A stretch of DNA of 64,000 nucleotides from an uncultured Methylomirabilota bacterium (GTDB lineage Bacteria > Methylomirabilota > Methylomirabilia > Methylomirabilales > 2-02-FULL-66-22). The notes under the pieces were generated by a model, which saw nothing but the letters and a program-made list of their open reading frames with translations, was not told the DNA's origin and did no database searches. Positions 1 to 9,750 of this stretch are shown one piece after another (positions within the stretch are counted from its first letter, which is position 1; each line of letters begins with the position of its first letter). The stretch covers positions 3,520,001 through 3,584,000 of the forward strand of contig OY970067.1 in NCBI GenBank assembly GCA_963705305.1, in the 5' to 3' direction. A program made the translations under genes and the position numbers.

Positions 1-250
1 GTGATGGGGATGCGGCGCGCGGCACGATGCTACCGGCGCAAGCCATCCCTGTCAAAGCCCGACCCGGTATTTTGGCTTGACGCCGGCGGGCTCGCCGCGG
101 CATGCTTCGCGGGACACGGAGAGGACCGCGACCTGCCGCGCCTTCCGGTTTCGGCAGACGGGGGCCGGCAGCCGATCGTTCGAGTGGGTGTGGAGGGGGC
201 GCGGCGGACGACTGACGGATCGCGCGGAACGGATGGATTGGAGGGACGCC

Positions 251-1255
251 ATGCAGACAGCTCCACCAGGCTCTCCCGGGGACTCCCGGGAATCATCAGG
301 AACGCCCACGATCCTGGTGTCCGCGCCGAGTGTGCCCACGGCGATCTACGAGGCCATGCGGCAGCTGCTGGCCGCGGGCTTCCGGATCCGGACGCAGTAC
401 GACCGGAAGGACGTGCGGGGGAACCTCCTGGATCCCCCCAGCCTGGACGTGAGCTCCGCCATCGAGATTCTCGACCCCTACGCGCAGCCGCGGTTTCCCA
501 AGGCGAGCTGCGTCGAGATCGGAAAATATATCGCCGAGACCTGTTGGGGAGCCAAGGATCACCTGGTGCTCGACCAGGAGGAGCTGAAGGAGAAGCTGGC
601 GCGGGGCGCCTTCGACGAGACGAAGGAGACGCACTGGCCGTACACCTACCACCAGCGGCTGTTTGCCTACCCGGCGTCGCGCGGGCGGCGGATCAACCAG
701 GTGCAGCACATGCTGGCCCGACTGGCGGATGATCCGGTCACGCGGCGGGCGGTCGCCATCACCTGCGTCCCCGAGATCGACCAGTACCTGCGGGGAGACC
801 TGCCCTGCCTGCAGCGCATCGCGCTGCGCTGCACGGAGGATGAGCAGGGGAGGCTCTCGCTCCACATGCACACGCACTGGCGCTCGCGGGATCTGTTCAA
901 TGCGGCTGCCGATAACATCATTGCCATGACCTTCTGGCAGCGGGAGTGGGCGGAGGAGCTCTCGGGGATGCTGGGGAGGCAGGTCCAGGTCGGGCGCTAC
1001 AAGGATTTCGCCGACTCCCTCCACATCTATGGCCAGGTGCTGCAGGGCACGGATGTGCAGAAGCTGGTGGGCCGATGGAACGCCCTGCCAGACGATCAGA
1101 AGGGATATACCAGCCAGGATGCCCGCGATCTGCTCGTCATCCCGGACCTGGAGAAGCTGCTGGCCGAGGATTCTCAGTGGCATTTTCCAGCCGAGATCTC
1201 GGCGGGGATCCCGCGAGAAATCGCCCGCATGCAGCGGGGGGAGTACCTGCCATGA
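251..1255 (+). CDS. thyA: Thymidylate synthase, archaeal-type ThyA family
   Basis: Motifs YTYHQRL, TRRA, catalytic PCLQ, HWRSRD, Asn eight residues after that Asp (dUMP-type) and SLHIY; GGAGG before ATG at 251. Confidence 0.8.
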   Translation: MQTAPPGSPGDSRESSGTPTILVSAPSVPTAIYEAMRQLLAAGFRIRTQYDRKDVRGNLLDPPSLDVSSAIEILDPYAQPRFPKASCVEIGKYIAETCWGAKDHLVLDQEELKEKLARGAFDETKETHWPYTYHQRLFAYPASRGRRINQVQHMLARLADDPVTRRAVAITCVPEIDQYLRGDLPCLQRIALRCTEDEQGRLSLHMHTHWRSRDLFNAAADNIIAMTFWQREWAEELSGMLGRQVQVGRYKDFADSLHIYGQVLQGTDVQKLVGRWNALPDDQKGYTSQDARDLLVIPDLEKLLAEDSQWHFPAEISAGIPREIARMQRGEYLP

Positions 1256-1457
1256 CCGGGCCGGCCGAACGGCTCACCGTCCGCCGCGGGCGTTGCCCGG
1301 CTCCGCTGCCGCGTCCCCGCCGAGGACGATGCGGCGGCGCCACCATGAGGAGTCTCCCGTCGCGACCGGACGGATCCGGAGGGTCCGCCGGGTGCGGCCG
1401 GGGAGGCGGCTTGCCTCACCGTTCCGCGGCGCGTATACTCCGGCGGCGGAGGTCGGA

Positions 1458-2156
1458 ATGCTGGTCCTCGGTATCGAGACGTCGACGAAGCAGGGCGGGG
1501 TCGCCCTGGTCGGGGAGGCGGGCCTCCTCTCCGAATATACCCTGAACGTGGAGGTGACGCACTCGGAGCGGCTCCTGCCCGCCGTCGACCGGGTTCTCCA
1601 GGACGCGGGCCTCGGGCTGGACGCGGTCGGCGGAATCGCGGTGAGCGCCGGACCGGGATCCTTCACCGGGCTGCGCATCGGCCTCAGCACGGCGAAGGGG
1701 CTGGCCTATGCGACCGGACTGCCGGTCGTGGCGGTGCCGACGCTGGAGGCGCTGGCCTGGACCCTGCCCTGGGTCCGCTGGGATGTCTGCCCGGTGCTGG
1801 ACGCGCGCAAGCAGGAGGTGTACGCCGCCATTTTCCGGTACGAGCGGGAGGGGCTGGTGCGCCTCATGGAGGACGCCGCCCTGGCGCCCGAGGCCCTCTG
1901 CCGCCAGATCCGGAAGGCGACGCTGTTCCTGGGGGACGGCCTCGGCCCCTACGCGGATCTGTTCCGAAGTCGGTTAGGGGACAAGTTCTTGCTGCCGCCT
2001 CAGGTCAACCGCGGCGCGCGTCCCGCCACGGTGGCCGAGCTGGGACGGCAGCGCCTGCTCGCGGGCGAGCGCGTGGCCCCCGAGGGGCTGCTTCCCCGCT
2101 ACCTGCGGCCGTCCGAGGCCGAGCTGCGGCGCCGAAGCCGGCCGGTCGCTGGCTGA
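1458..2156 (+). CDS. tsaB: tRNA threonylcarbamoyladenosine biosynthesis protein TsaB
   Basis: MLVLGIETST, HSERLLP, GPGSFTGLRIG, DARKQEVY; adjacent to rimI. Confidence 0.95.
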   Translation: MLVLGIETSTKQGGVALVGEAGLLSEYTLNVEVTHSERLLPAVDRVLQDAGLGLDAVGGIAVSAGPGSFTGLRIGLSTAKGLAYATGLPVVAVPTLEALAWTLPWVRWDVCPVLDARKQEVYAAIFRYEREGLVRLMEDAALAPEALCRQIRKATLFLGDGLGPYADLFRSRLGDKFLLPPQVNRGARPATVAELGRQRLLAGERVAPEGLLPRYLRPSEAELRRRSRPVAG

Positions 2157-2199
2157 GGTTGCGCGCACCCGCTTTTTGCGGACACGGGGAATCTGTGCC

Positions 2200-2691
2200 A
2201 TGCGACGGTGTTCCCAGCAGAGTACGGAGCCTTCGGTCGTCATCGAGCCCATGCGGGCCGAGGATCTGCCGGAGGTCCTGGCCATCGAGGTGACCTCCTT
2301 CGCTCTCCCCTGGACCCAGGAGATGTTCGAGAACGAGCTGTCCCGGGGGAGCCTGTCGGAGGTGCTGGTCGCCCGGGCCTTCGCCGCCGGAGGCTCGTCC
2401 GCGCTCCTGGGGTACATCTGTGTCTGGGTGGTCACGGACGAGCTCCATATCAACAACCTGGCCGTGCACCCCCGCTGGCGCCGGCGGGGAATCGCCAAAG
2501 TCCTCTTGCAGGCGGCCCTCGACCACGGCCGGGCCAATGGCGCCGTGCGTGCCCTGCTGGAAGTCCGCGCCTCGAATGCGTCGGCGCAGGCCCTGTATCG
2601 GGCGTTCCGGTTCCAGCCCTCCGCCGTCCGGAGGCACTACTACACGCACCCCGTCGAGGATGCCGTCATCATGATCCGCGAGGGCCCCTGA
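2200..2691 (+). CDS. rimI: Ribosomal protein S18 alanine N-acetyltransferase
   Basis: ELHINNLAVHP, RRRGIA, LEVRASN, YY..P.EDA; start uncertain. Confidence 0.9.
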   Translation: MRRCSQQSTEPSVVIEPMRAEDLPEVLAIEVTSFALPWTQEMFENELSRGSLSEVLVARAFAAGGSSALLGYICVWVVTDELHINNLAVHPRWRRRGIAKVLLQAALDHGRANGAVRALLEVRASNASAQALYRAFRFQPSAVRRHYYTHPVEDAVIMIREGP

Positions 2692-2715
2692 GATGCCCGG
2701 CGTCGGCGGCGGCGA

Positions 2716-2744
2716 TTGACAGCGGATCGCCTCGCTGATAGCCT
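2716..2744 (+). promoter_or_regulatory. Putative sigma70 promoter of the Trm112/rml/arn operon
   Basis: TTGACA-17 bp-TAGCCT. Confidence 0.5.
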
Positions 2745-2831
2745 TCCGGCGGCACGGGCGTGACGGACGGTTTCGGGCTTCGCCGTGGCGCCGCAATCTT
2801 ACCCGCGCGTCCGGGGCGGCAAGGAGGCGAC

Positions 2832-3014
2832 ATGATCGACAAAGAGCTGTTAGAGATTCTGGCGTGTCCGAAGTGCAAGTCCCCTGTTCGTCTGGATGAA
2901 GCGGCCCAGCGGATCATCTGCACTTCCCCCAGCTGCGGCCTCCGCTATCCCATCCGTGACGGCATCCCGGTCATGCTCATCGACGAGGCCGAGCCCGGGC
3001 AGGGCCGGGCCTGA
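2832..3014 (+). CDS. Trm112/YcaR family protein
   Basis: LLEILACPKCK...YPIRDGIPVMLIDEA; AAGGAGG SD. Confidence 0.93.
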   Translation: MIDKELLEILACPKCKSPVRLDEAAQRIICTSPSCGLRYPIRDGIPVMLIDEAEPGQGRA

Positions 3015-3017
3015 GCC

Positions 3018-4121
3018 ATGAGCGGAGCATCGCGGCGCCCCCGGCGCGCCCTCATCACCGCCGGGGGGCGGGGGACCCGGCTGCGCCCCCTCACCCACAC
3101 GAGCAACAAGCACCTCATCCCGATCGCCAACAAGCCCATGATCCACTACGCCCTGGAGGCGGTGGCGGCCGCCGGCCTCCGGGAGGCGGGGATCGTCATC
3201 AACCCGGACACCGGCGCCGAGATCCGGCGGGCCCTGGGGGATGGGGCGGCCTGGGGGCTCCAGCTGACGTACGTGGTGCAGGACGCCCCGCGCGGCCTGG
3301 CCCACGTCATCCAGGCGGCGGAGCCGTTCCTCCAGGGCGAGCCCTTCGTCTTCTACCTCGGGGACAACGTCGTGGTGGGCGGCATCCGCCCCTTCCTGGA
3401 CCGGTTCGCGGGCGGGGAGGAGGCCTGCCACCTGGTGCTCGCCCGGGTGAAGGACCCCCAGCGGTTCGGGGTCGCCGAGGTCGCCGGCGGCCGGGTCGTC
3501 CGGGTGGTCGAGAAGCCGGCCCAGCCGCCCAGCGACTTCGCCGTGACCGGGATCTACGTCTACGACGCGGCGATCTTCGAGGCGGTCCACGCCATCCGGC
3601 CCAGCGCCCGGGGGGAGCTGGAGATCTCGGATGCCCACCAGTACCTGCTCGACCACGGGGCCCGGGTGGGCTTCTCCGAGATCACCGGCTGGTGGAAGGA
3701 CACCGGGAAGCCGGAGGACCTCCTGGAGGCCAACCGGTTCGTCCTGGACCAGGTCCTGGACGGTATGGCGCCCGTGATCCACGGGGCGGTCGATGGGGCG
3801 AGCGACATCGCGGGGAAGGTGGTGGTGGAGGCGGGCGCTCGGGTGGTGGCGAGCCAGATCCGGGGCCCCGCCATCATCGGCGCCGAGGCCGTCGTGGAGC
3901 ACAGCTACATCGGCCCCTTCACCGCCCTGGGCCGCCGCTGCGTCATCCGGAACAGCGAGCTCGAGTACAGCATCCTCTTCGAGGCCACGCAGATCCTGGA
4001 TGTGGACGTCCGGATCGAGCGGAGCCTCTTGGGGCGGGAGGTCTGCATCCGGCGGAGCGCCGGGCGGCCGAAGACGCAGAAGTTCATCCTGGGCGACCAG
4101 AGCAGCATCGAGCTGTGCTGA
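3018..4121 (+). CDS. rmlA: Glucose-1-phosphate thymidylyltransferase (long form)
   Basis: AGGRGTRLRPLT, KHLIPIANKP, RGELEISDA, WWKDTG, C-terminal hexapeptide-like domain. Confidence 0.92.
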   Translation: MSGASRRPRRALITAGGRGTRLRPLTHTSNKHLIPIANKPMIHYALEAVAAAGLREAGIVINPDTGAEIRRALGDGAAWGLQLTYVVQDAPRGLAHVIQAAEPFLQGEPFVFYLGDNVVVGGIRPFLDRFAGGEEACHLVLARVKDPQRFGVAEVAGGRVVRVVEKPAQPPSDFAVTGIYVYDAAIFEAVHAIRPSARGELEISDAHQYLLDHGARVGFSEITGWWKDTGKPEDLLEANRFVLDQVLDGMAPVIHGAVDGASDIAGKVVVEAGARVVASQIRGPAIIGAEAVVEHSYIGPFTALGRRCVIRNSELEYSILFEATQILDVDVRIERSLLGREVCIRRSAGRPKTQKFILGDQSSIELC

Positions 4122-4127
4122 CACGCC

Positions 4128-4240
4128 AGCGATCAGCGGGCAGCAGTCAGGGGTCAGGCGGCAGGGGTGCAGAGGCGCAGGGGCGCAGGGGGAATACAGG
4201 GCGCCTGCCTACTGCCCCCGGCCGACTGCAGACTGGCAAT
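4128..4240. repeat. Degenerate short (7-9 nt) CAG-periodic intergenic repeats
   Basis: cagcgat cagcggg cagcagt caggggt caggcgg caggggtg cagaggcg caggggcg caggggg. Confidence 0.5.
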
Positions 4241-4317
4241 GGCGAGCGCGGCGGGAGGCGCGCGGCGGCGGGGGCCGCCCGCGAAGACCCGAGGGACGGG
4301 GGCGGAGGACGGACCGG

Positions 4318-4797
4318 ATGATCCAGGGGGTGGTGGTCAAGCCGCTGACGGTGCGCCCCGACGACCGCGGCTTCCTCATGGAGATGCTGCGGGCGGACGA
4401 GGCCTGCTTCGAGGGCTTCGGGCAGGTCTACATCACCGGCTGCCGGCGGGGGGTGGCCAAGGGCTGGCACTACCACAAGGAGCAGGCCGACCACTTCGTC
4501 TGCGTCGGCGGCACCGCCCTCCTGGTGCTCTACGACGGCCGGGAGGCCTCCCCGACGCACGGGGAGGTCCAGGAGATCATCCTCCAGGCGCCCCCGGCCC
4601 TGGTCCCCCCGCCGGTCCTGGTGAAGATCCCGGCGGGGGTCCTGCACGGCTTCACGGCCCACGGCTGTGCGGAGGCCCGCATCGTGAACATCCCGACCCG
4701 GCCGTACCGGTACGCCGCCCCGGACGAGTACCGGACCCCCTGGAACAGCCCCGCGATCCCCTACCGCTGGCCGGCCGAGGTCGTGGCCGGAGGGTGA
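4318..4797 (+). CDS. rmlC: dTDP-4-dehydrorhamnose 3,5-epimerase family (cupin)
   Basis: DDRGFLMEMLR, GVAKGWHYH, IPAGVLHGF. Confidence 0.88.
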   Translation: MIQGVVVKPLTVRPDDRGFLMEMLRADEACFEGFGQVYITGCRRGVAKGWHYHKEQADHFVCVGGTALLVLYDGREASPTHGEVQEIILQAPPALVPPPVLVKIPAGVLHGFTAHGCAEARIVNIPTRPYRYAAPDEYRTPWNSPAIPYRWPAEVVAGG

Positions 4798-4803
4798 GCC
4801 CGG

Positions 4804-5685
4804 ATGCGCATCGTGGTGACCGGGGCCGCCGGGCAGTTGGGGGTGGAGCTCTGCACGGCTCTCCGGCCCCTGGGCGAAGTGACCGGCCTCGATCTCCCGG
4901 CCTGGGACCTCACGGCCCCGGACGCGGCCGCGCCGCTCCTGGCCGCCCGCCCCGCCTGGGTCGTCCACGCTGCCGCGTACACGGACGTGGACGGCTGCGA
5001 GCGGGACCCCGCCCGGGCCCACGCCGTGAACGCCACCGGGACGGCAGGGGTGGCCGCCGCCTGCCGGGCGATCGGGGCGGGGCTCGTCTACCTCAGCACG
5101 GACTACGTCTTCGACGGCCGCCAGGGGACCCCCTACACCGAGGCCGATCCGCCCGCCCCGCTCTCGGCCTACGGCCGCTCCAAGCTGGCGGGGGAGGAGC
5201 ATGTGCGGACCCTGGCGTCCCCCTGGGTGATCCTGCGCACCGCCTGGCTCTACGGGGTGCACGGCAAAAACTTCGTGAAGGCGATCCTGGGGAAGGCGGC
5301 GGCCGGCGAGCGCCTGCGGGTGGTCGATGATCAGGTCGGCTCGCCGACGTACGCGCGGGATCTGGCCGGGGCCGTCCGCCTGGTGCTGGAGCGGGAGCGG
5401 ACCGGCCTGTTCCACGTGACGAACCAGGGCGCCGCCTCCTGGTACGCCTTCGCGCAGGCGATCCTCCGGCGGGTCGGCGTCGGGGCGGACCGGGTGGAGC
5501 CCCTGACCACGGCGGCGCTGGGGCGGCCCGCCCCCCGCCCCGCCTGCTCGGTCCTGGCGAATGCCGCCTGGCGGGCCGCCGGCCTGCCGCCGCTCCGGCC
5601 GTGGCCGGAGGCCCTGGCGGCGATGCTGGCCGACTGGCGGGCGGCGGAGCCCGACAACCCCCTCCTCCGTAGGATCGGCCCATGA
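4804..5685 (+). CDS. rmlD: dTDP-4-dehydrorhamnose reductase
   Basis: GAAGQLG, AAYTDVDGCE, STDYVFDG, YGRSK, DQVGSPT. Confidence 0.95.
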   Translation: MRIVVTGAAGQLGVELCTALRPLGEVTGLDLPAWDLTAPDAAAPLLAARPAWVVHAAAYTDVDGCERDPARAHAVNATGTAGVAAACRAIGAGLVYLSTDYVFDGRQGTPYTEADPPAPLSAYGRSKLAGEEHVRTLASPWVILRTAWLYGVHGKNFVKAILGKAAAGERLRVVDDQVGSPTYARDLAGAVRLVLERERTGLFHVTNQGAASWYAFAQAILRRVGVGADRVEPLTTAALGRPAPRPACSVLANAAWRAAGLPPLRPWPEALAAMLADWRAAEPDNPLLRRIGP

Positions 5686-6668
5686 CGCGCGCCATGGTGA
5701 CGGGTATCGCGGGATTCGCCGGCTCCCACCTGGCGGAGTATCTGCTGGCGCGCGGGGTGGAGGTCTTCGGCCTGGTCCTGGACCCTCGGGACACCGACAA
5801 CCTGGCTCCCTGCCTGCTGGGGCCTTCGGCCGGACGCCTGCACCTCACGACTGGGGATCTCCTGGATGCCCCCCTAGTGACGCACTATCTTCGGGATGTG
5901 CAGCCCGACCGCGTCTACCACCTGGCGGCCCTGTCGTCGGTTCGCCAGTCCCAGGAGGATCCGGCCGCGACCTTCCGGGTGAACGTCCTGGGAACCCAGG
6001 ATCTGCTGGAGGCGGTTCTCGCCGCGGGCAGCCGGCCGCGCGTCCTGTATGTCAGCTCCGCCGAGGCGTACGGCGAATCGGCGCGGGCCGCGGCGCCCAT
6101 GGACGAGTCCCGCCCCCTGCTGCCCGTCACCCCGTACGGCAGCAGCAAGGCGGCCGCCGAGCGGCTGGTCTGCCGGTACGGGGCGGAGCGCGGGGTGCAC
6201 GCGGTGCGCGTCCGGCCATTTCCCCATACGGGGCCGCGCCACGGGACCCAGTTCGTCTTCCCCGACCTGGCGCAGCAACTCGTCGAGATCGAGGCGGGAC
6301 GGCGCCCGCCGCAGATCCGGGCCGGCAACCTCGACGTGCGGCGGGACCTCAGTGACGTCCGGGATGTCGTGGCCGCCTACGTCCTGACGCTGGAGGGCGG
6401 AGAGCCGGGGGCGGTCTACAACGTCTGCTCGGAGCGCGTCTCGTCCCTGCGGGAAGTGCTGGAGCGCATGATCGCCCTGACGGGACTCCGGGTGGAGGTC
6501 GTGACCGCCGCCGAGCGGCTGCGTCCCCACGATCTGGAGGTGCTGGCGGGGACCTCGCAGGCCCTGCGCCGGCGCACCGGGTGGAGGCCGGCCATCCCCC
6601 TGGAAGAGACCCTGCGGGATCTGCTGTCGTACTGGCGCGAGCGTCAGGCCGGCGGCGTCCCGTCCTGA
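5682..6668 (+). CDS. GDP-mannose 4,6-dehydratase/Rmd-like NAD-dependent epimerase-reductase
   Basis: TGIAGFAGSHL, YGSSK, RPFPHTGP, GNLDVRRDLSDVRD. Confidence 0.8.
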   Translation: MTRAMVTGIAGFAGSHLAEYLLARGVEVFGLVLDPRDTDNLAPCLLGPSAGRLHLTTGDLLDAPLVTHYLRDVQPDRVYHLAALSSVRQSQEDPAATFRVNVLGTQDLLEAVLAAGSRPRVLYVSSAEAYGESARAAAPMDESRPLLPVTPYGSSKAAAERLVCRYGAERGVHAVRVRPFPHTGPRHGTQFVFPDLAQQLVEIEAGRRPPQIRAGNLDVRRDLSDVRDVVAAYVLTLEGGEPGAVYNVCSERVSSLREVLERMIALTGLRVEVVTAAERLRPHDLEVLAGTSQALRRRTGWRPAIPLEETLRDLLSYWRERQAGGVPS

Positions 6669-6790
6669 CACTCCGGGGGTTTGGCGGGGGAGGCGCCCCG
6701 CCGGGCAGTGGGCCGTTTCCTGGCGGAAGAGCGCCCGATGGGGCGCGGCGCCGCGTCCGGCGGACCGCGACGGAAAACGGCGGGTGTGCG

Positions 6791-7759
6791 ATGATGGAAC
6801 CCGACACATCGATGGCGGAGGCAAGGAGCGGGCCGGAAGGAGTGGCCCTGACGGTGGTCATCCCCGTGTACAACGAGGAGACCGTCCTGGAGCGCCTGTC
6901 TCTGCGCCTGCGGCCGGTCCTGGAGGGAATCGGCCGGCCCTACGAGATCATCTTCGTCGACGACGGCAGCACGGATCGGTCCCTGGAGATTCTGCGGCGG
7001 CTTCAGGAGAAGGACCCGACCGTGCGGGTGATCCAGCTCAACCGGAACTACGGCCAGCACGCGGCCGTGTTTGCCGGCTTCGACCACGCCCGGGGCGACG
7101 TCATCGTTACCCTGGACGCCGATCTGCAGAATCCCCCCGAGGAGATCCCCCGGCTGCTGGATAAGATCGCCGAGGGGCACGACGTCGTCGGCGGCTGGCG
7201 GCGGGACCGCCACGACCACCCGGTGCGGCGGCTGCTGTCCTGGGCGGCGAACCGGGTCACCTCCAGGATCGTGGGCGTGCCGATGCACGATTACGGCTGC
7301 ATGCTCCGCGCCTACCGGCGGGAGGTCGTCCAGGTGATGCGGGACTGCAGCGAGATCTCCAGCTTCATCCCGGCCCTCGCCAACACGTTCGCCGGCGCCC
7401 CCGTGGAGGTGCCGGTGGAGCACGCCCCGCGCAGCCACGGGCGGTCCAAGTACCGGCTGTTCCGCCTGCTGCGCCTGAACTTCGATCTCATGACGGGCTA
7501 CTCCCTGCTGCCCATCCAGATCGTCAGCCTGGCGGGCATCGCCATCGCGCTATTGGGGGTGGGCTTCGGCGGCTTCCTCTTCGTCCGCCGCCTGCTGGTC
7601 GGACCCGAGGTGGAAGGGGTCTTCACCCTCTTCGCCATCCTGTTCGTCTTTGTGGGCCTCCAGATCCTGGCGCTGGGCCTCATCGGCGAATACATCGGCC
7701 GGATCTACCTGGAGGTCCGGCGCAGGCCGCGATATGTCATCCAGCGGATCTTCGAATAG
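6791..7759 (+). CDS. arnC: Undecaprenyl-phosphate glycosyltransferase, ArnC-like (GT2)
   Basis: VIPVYNE, DDGSTD, RNYGQHAA, DADLQNPPEEIP, DYGCMLRAY, two C-terminal TM helices. Confidence 0.85.
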   Translation: MMEPDTSMAEARSGPEGVALTVVIPVYNEETVLERLSLRLRPVLEGIGRPYEIIFVDDGSTDRSLEILRRLQEKDPTVRVIQLNRNYGQHAAVFAGFDHARGDVIVTLDADLQNPPEEIPRLLDKIAEGHDVVGGWRRDRHDHPVRRLLSWAANRVTSRIVGVPMHDYGCMLRAYRREVVQVMRDCSEISSFIPALANTFAGAPVEVPVEHAPRSHGRSKYRLFRLLRLNFDLMTGYSLLPIQIVSLAGIAIALLGVGFGGFLFVRRLLVGPEVEGVFTLFAILFVFVGLQILALGLIGEYIGRIYLEVRRRPRYVIQRIFE

Positions 7760-7792
7760 CCGGCCGATGCGCGCTCGGTCCGCGGAGGGGCG

Positions 7793-8767
7793 GTGACCCC
7801 CCTGGCTCCCGGCGACCACGGATCGCCCCGCATCGTGGTGTTCGGCTACCACGACATGGGTGTGGCCTGCCTGGAGGAGCTCCTGGGTCTGGGAGCGCGG
7901 GTCGTGGCGGTGGTCACCCACCGGGACGCCTCGGACGAGCCGGCCTGGTTCGACTCGGTCGCCGAGCAAGCCGCGGCGCACCGGCTGCCCGTGTTCGCCC
8001 CCGCGAACCCGAATGGGTCCGATTTCGTCGAGGCGCTCCGCGGGCTCGGACCCGAGCTGATCTTCTCGTTCTACTATCGGCGGCTGCTGTCCCCGGCCCT
8101 CCTGTCCCTGCCCCGCCTGGGCGCGGTCAATCTGCATGGCTCCCTGCTGCCGAAATATCGCGGCCGTGCGCCGCTGAACTGGGTCCTGGTGCGCGGCGAG
8201 ACCGTGACGGGCGTGACGCTGCACCACATGGACGAGCAGGCGGATCACGGCGACATCATCGCGCAGCGCGCGGTGCCGATCCTCATCGAGGACACGGCGC
8301 TCACCCTCTGGCGGAAGCTCGTCGCGGCGGGACGGACGCTGTTGGCGGAGACGTACCCCCTGATCGCGGCGGGACGCGCCCCCCGCATCCCCCAGGAGTA
8401 CGCCGCCGCCTCTACCTTCGGCCGGCGGAGGCCGGCGGACGGCCGCATCGACTGGTCGCGACCGGCCCGGGAGATCTACAATCTGATCCGGGCGGTGACG
8501 CACCCGTTTCCGGGGGCCTTCACACATCTGGAAGGGCGGCAGGTGTTCGTCTGGGCGGCCCGGCCGCCTGCCGGGCGACCGGGCCGGGAATCTCCCGGGA
8601 CCATTCTCGGCATCGGCGAGGGGGGCGCGCTGGACGTGGCGACAGGGGAGGGAGCGGTGGAAATCCTCCGGCTCCAGCCGGGGGGGGATGCGGAGATGGA
8701 CGGGGCGGCGTTCCTGGCGAGATTCGGCCCGGCGCCCCTGCGGTTCGGGCGGGCGTTCGGGGAATGA
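7793..8767 (+). CDS. Formyltransferase, stand-alone ArnA N-terminal-like domain
   Basis: VVFGYHDMG, FSFYYR, NLHGSLLPKYRGRAPLNW, RRRPADGRIDW, RAVTHPFPGAF. Confidence 0.85.
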   Translation: MTPLAPGDHGSPRIVVFGYHDMGVACLEELLGLGARVVAVVTHRDASDEPAWFDSVAEQAAAHRLPVFAPANPNGSDFVEALRGLGPELIFSFYYRRLLSPALLSLPRLGAVNLHGSLLPKYRGRAPLNWVLVRGETVTGVTLHHMDEQADHGDIIAQRAVPILIEDTALTLWRKLVAAGRTLLAETYPLIAAGRAPRIPQEYAAASTFGRRRPADGRIDWSRPAREIYNLIRAVTHPFPGAFTHLEGRQVFVWAARPPAGRPGRESPGTILGIGEGGALDVATGEGAVEILRLQPGGDAEMDGAAFLARFGPAPLRFGRAFGE

Positions 8768-8787
8768 CGGCGGGGGGAGGAGGCGGG

Positions 8788-9750
8788 ATGAAGATCCTCA
8801 TTACGGGCGGCGCGGGGTTTCTGGGGTCGCACCTGACGGATGCGTTCCTGGCCCGGGGCGACGAGGTGACCATTCTGGATGTGGGGAGCGACCAGAAGGT
8901 GCGGCATCAGATCGGCAACCCCGGCTTCCGCTACGTGCGGGATTCGATCTTCAACACCGAGATCCTGGAAAGCCTGATCCTGAAGAGCGACCTCGTCTAC
9001 CACCTGGCGGCGGTGGTCGGGGTGGAACACTACGTGGGCGACCCGTACGAGGTGCTCAACGTGAACATCAACGGGACGCAGGCGGTGCTGAAGCTGGCCT
9101 ACAAGCACAATCGCAAGGTGGTCTTCAGCTCCACCTCCGAGGTCTACGGGCGGAATCCCCGCGTGCCGTTCGACGAGGACGACGAGCGGGTGCTGGGCTC
9201 CACGCGGATCGACCGCTGGTGCTACGCCACCTCCAAGGCGGCCGGCGAGCACTTCTGCTTCGCTTACCAGCGCCTGGGCCTCCCGGTAGTGATCCTGCGC
9301 TACTTCAACATCTACGGGCCCCGCCTGGACAAGATCGACGTGGGCCGCGTCATCACCATCTTCATGGGCCAGGTGCTGCGGGACGACCCGGTGACGGTGA
9401 TCGGCGACGGAAAGCAGACGCGCTGCTTCACCTACGTCGGGGATGCCGTGCGGGCCACGGTGGAGGCCGGCCTCACCGCGCGCGCGGTGGGCCAGATCTT
9501 CAATGTGGGCTCGGATGTGGAGACCAGCATCCTGGAGCTGGCGCAGCGTATGATCCGGCTCGCGGGCTCGCGCTCGGAGGTCCGCTTCGTGCCCCAGGCC
9601 GCGGTGTACGGGGACAGCTACGAGGATGTCCCGCGGCGGGTGCCCGCGCTCTCGCGGATGCACGGGATCCTGGGGGTGCGGGCCGACACCCCCCTGGAGC
9701 AGGGGCTTCGGCAGACGATCGACTGGTTCCGTGCGGGCAATGGCCGCTGA
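8788..9750 (+). CDS. NAD-dependent sugar epimerase/decarboxylase (ArnA C-terminal/UXS-like)
   Basis: GGAGFLGSHL, SSTSEVYG, RWCYATSK, QTRCFTYV. Confidence 0.82.
   Translation: MKILITGGAGFLGSHLTDAFLARGDEVTILDVGSDQKVRHQIGNPGFRYVRDSIFNTEILESLILKSDLVYHLAAVVGVEHYVGDPYEVLNVNINGTQAVLKLAYKHNRKVVFSSTSEVYGRNPRVPFDEDDERVLGSTRIDRWCYATSKAAGEHFCFAYQRLGLPVVILRYFNIYGPRLDKIDVGRVITIFMGQVLRDDPVTVIGDGKQTRCFTYVGDAVRATVEAGLTARAVGQIFNVGSDVETSILELAQRMIRLAGSRSEVRFVPQAAVYGDSYEDVPRRVPALSRMHGILGVRADTPLEQGLRQTIDWFRAGNGR

Noticed and set aside
110..250. Possible ZTP/folate-type riboswitch upstream of thyA (GACTGACGG, GCCGATCG)
   Set aside because: Motif pieces are out of order and the CCTGGGC pseudoknot end is absent; needs an Rfam search
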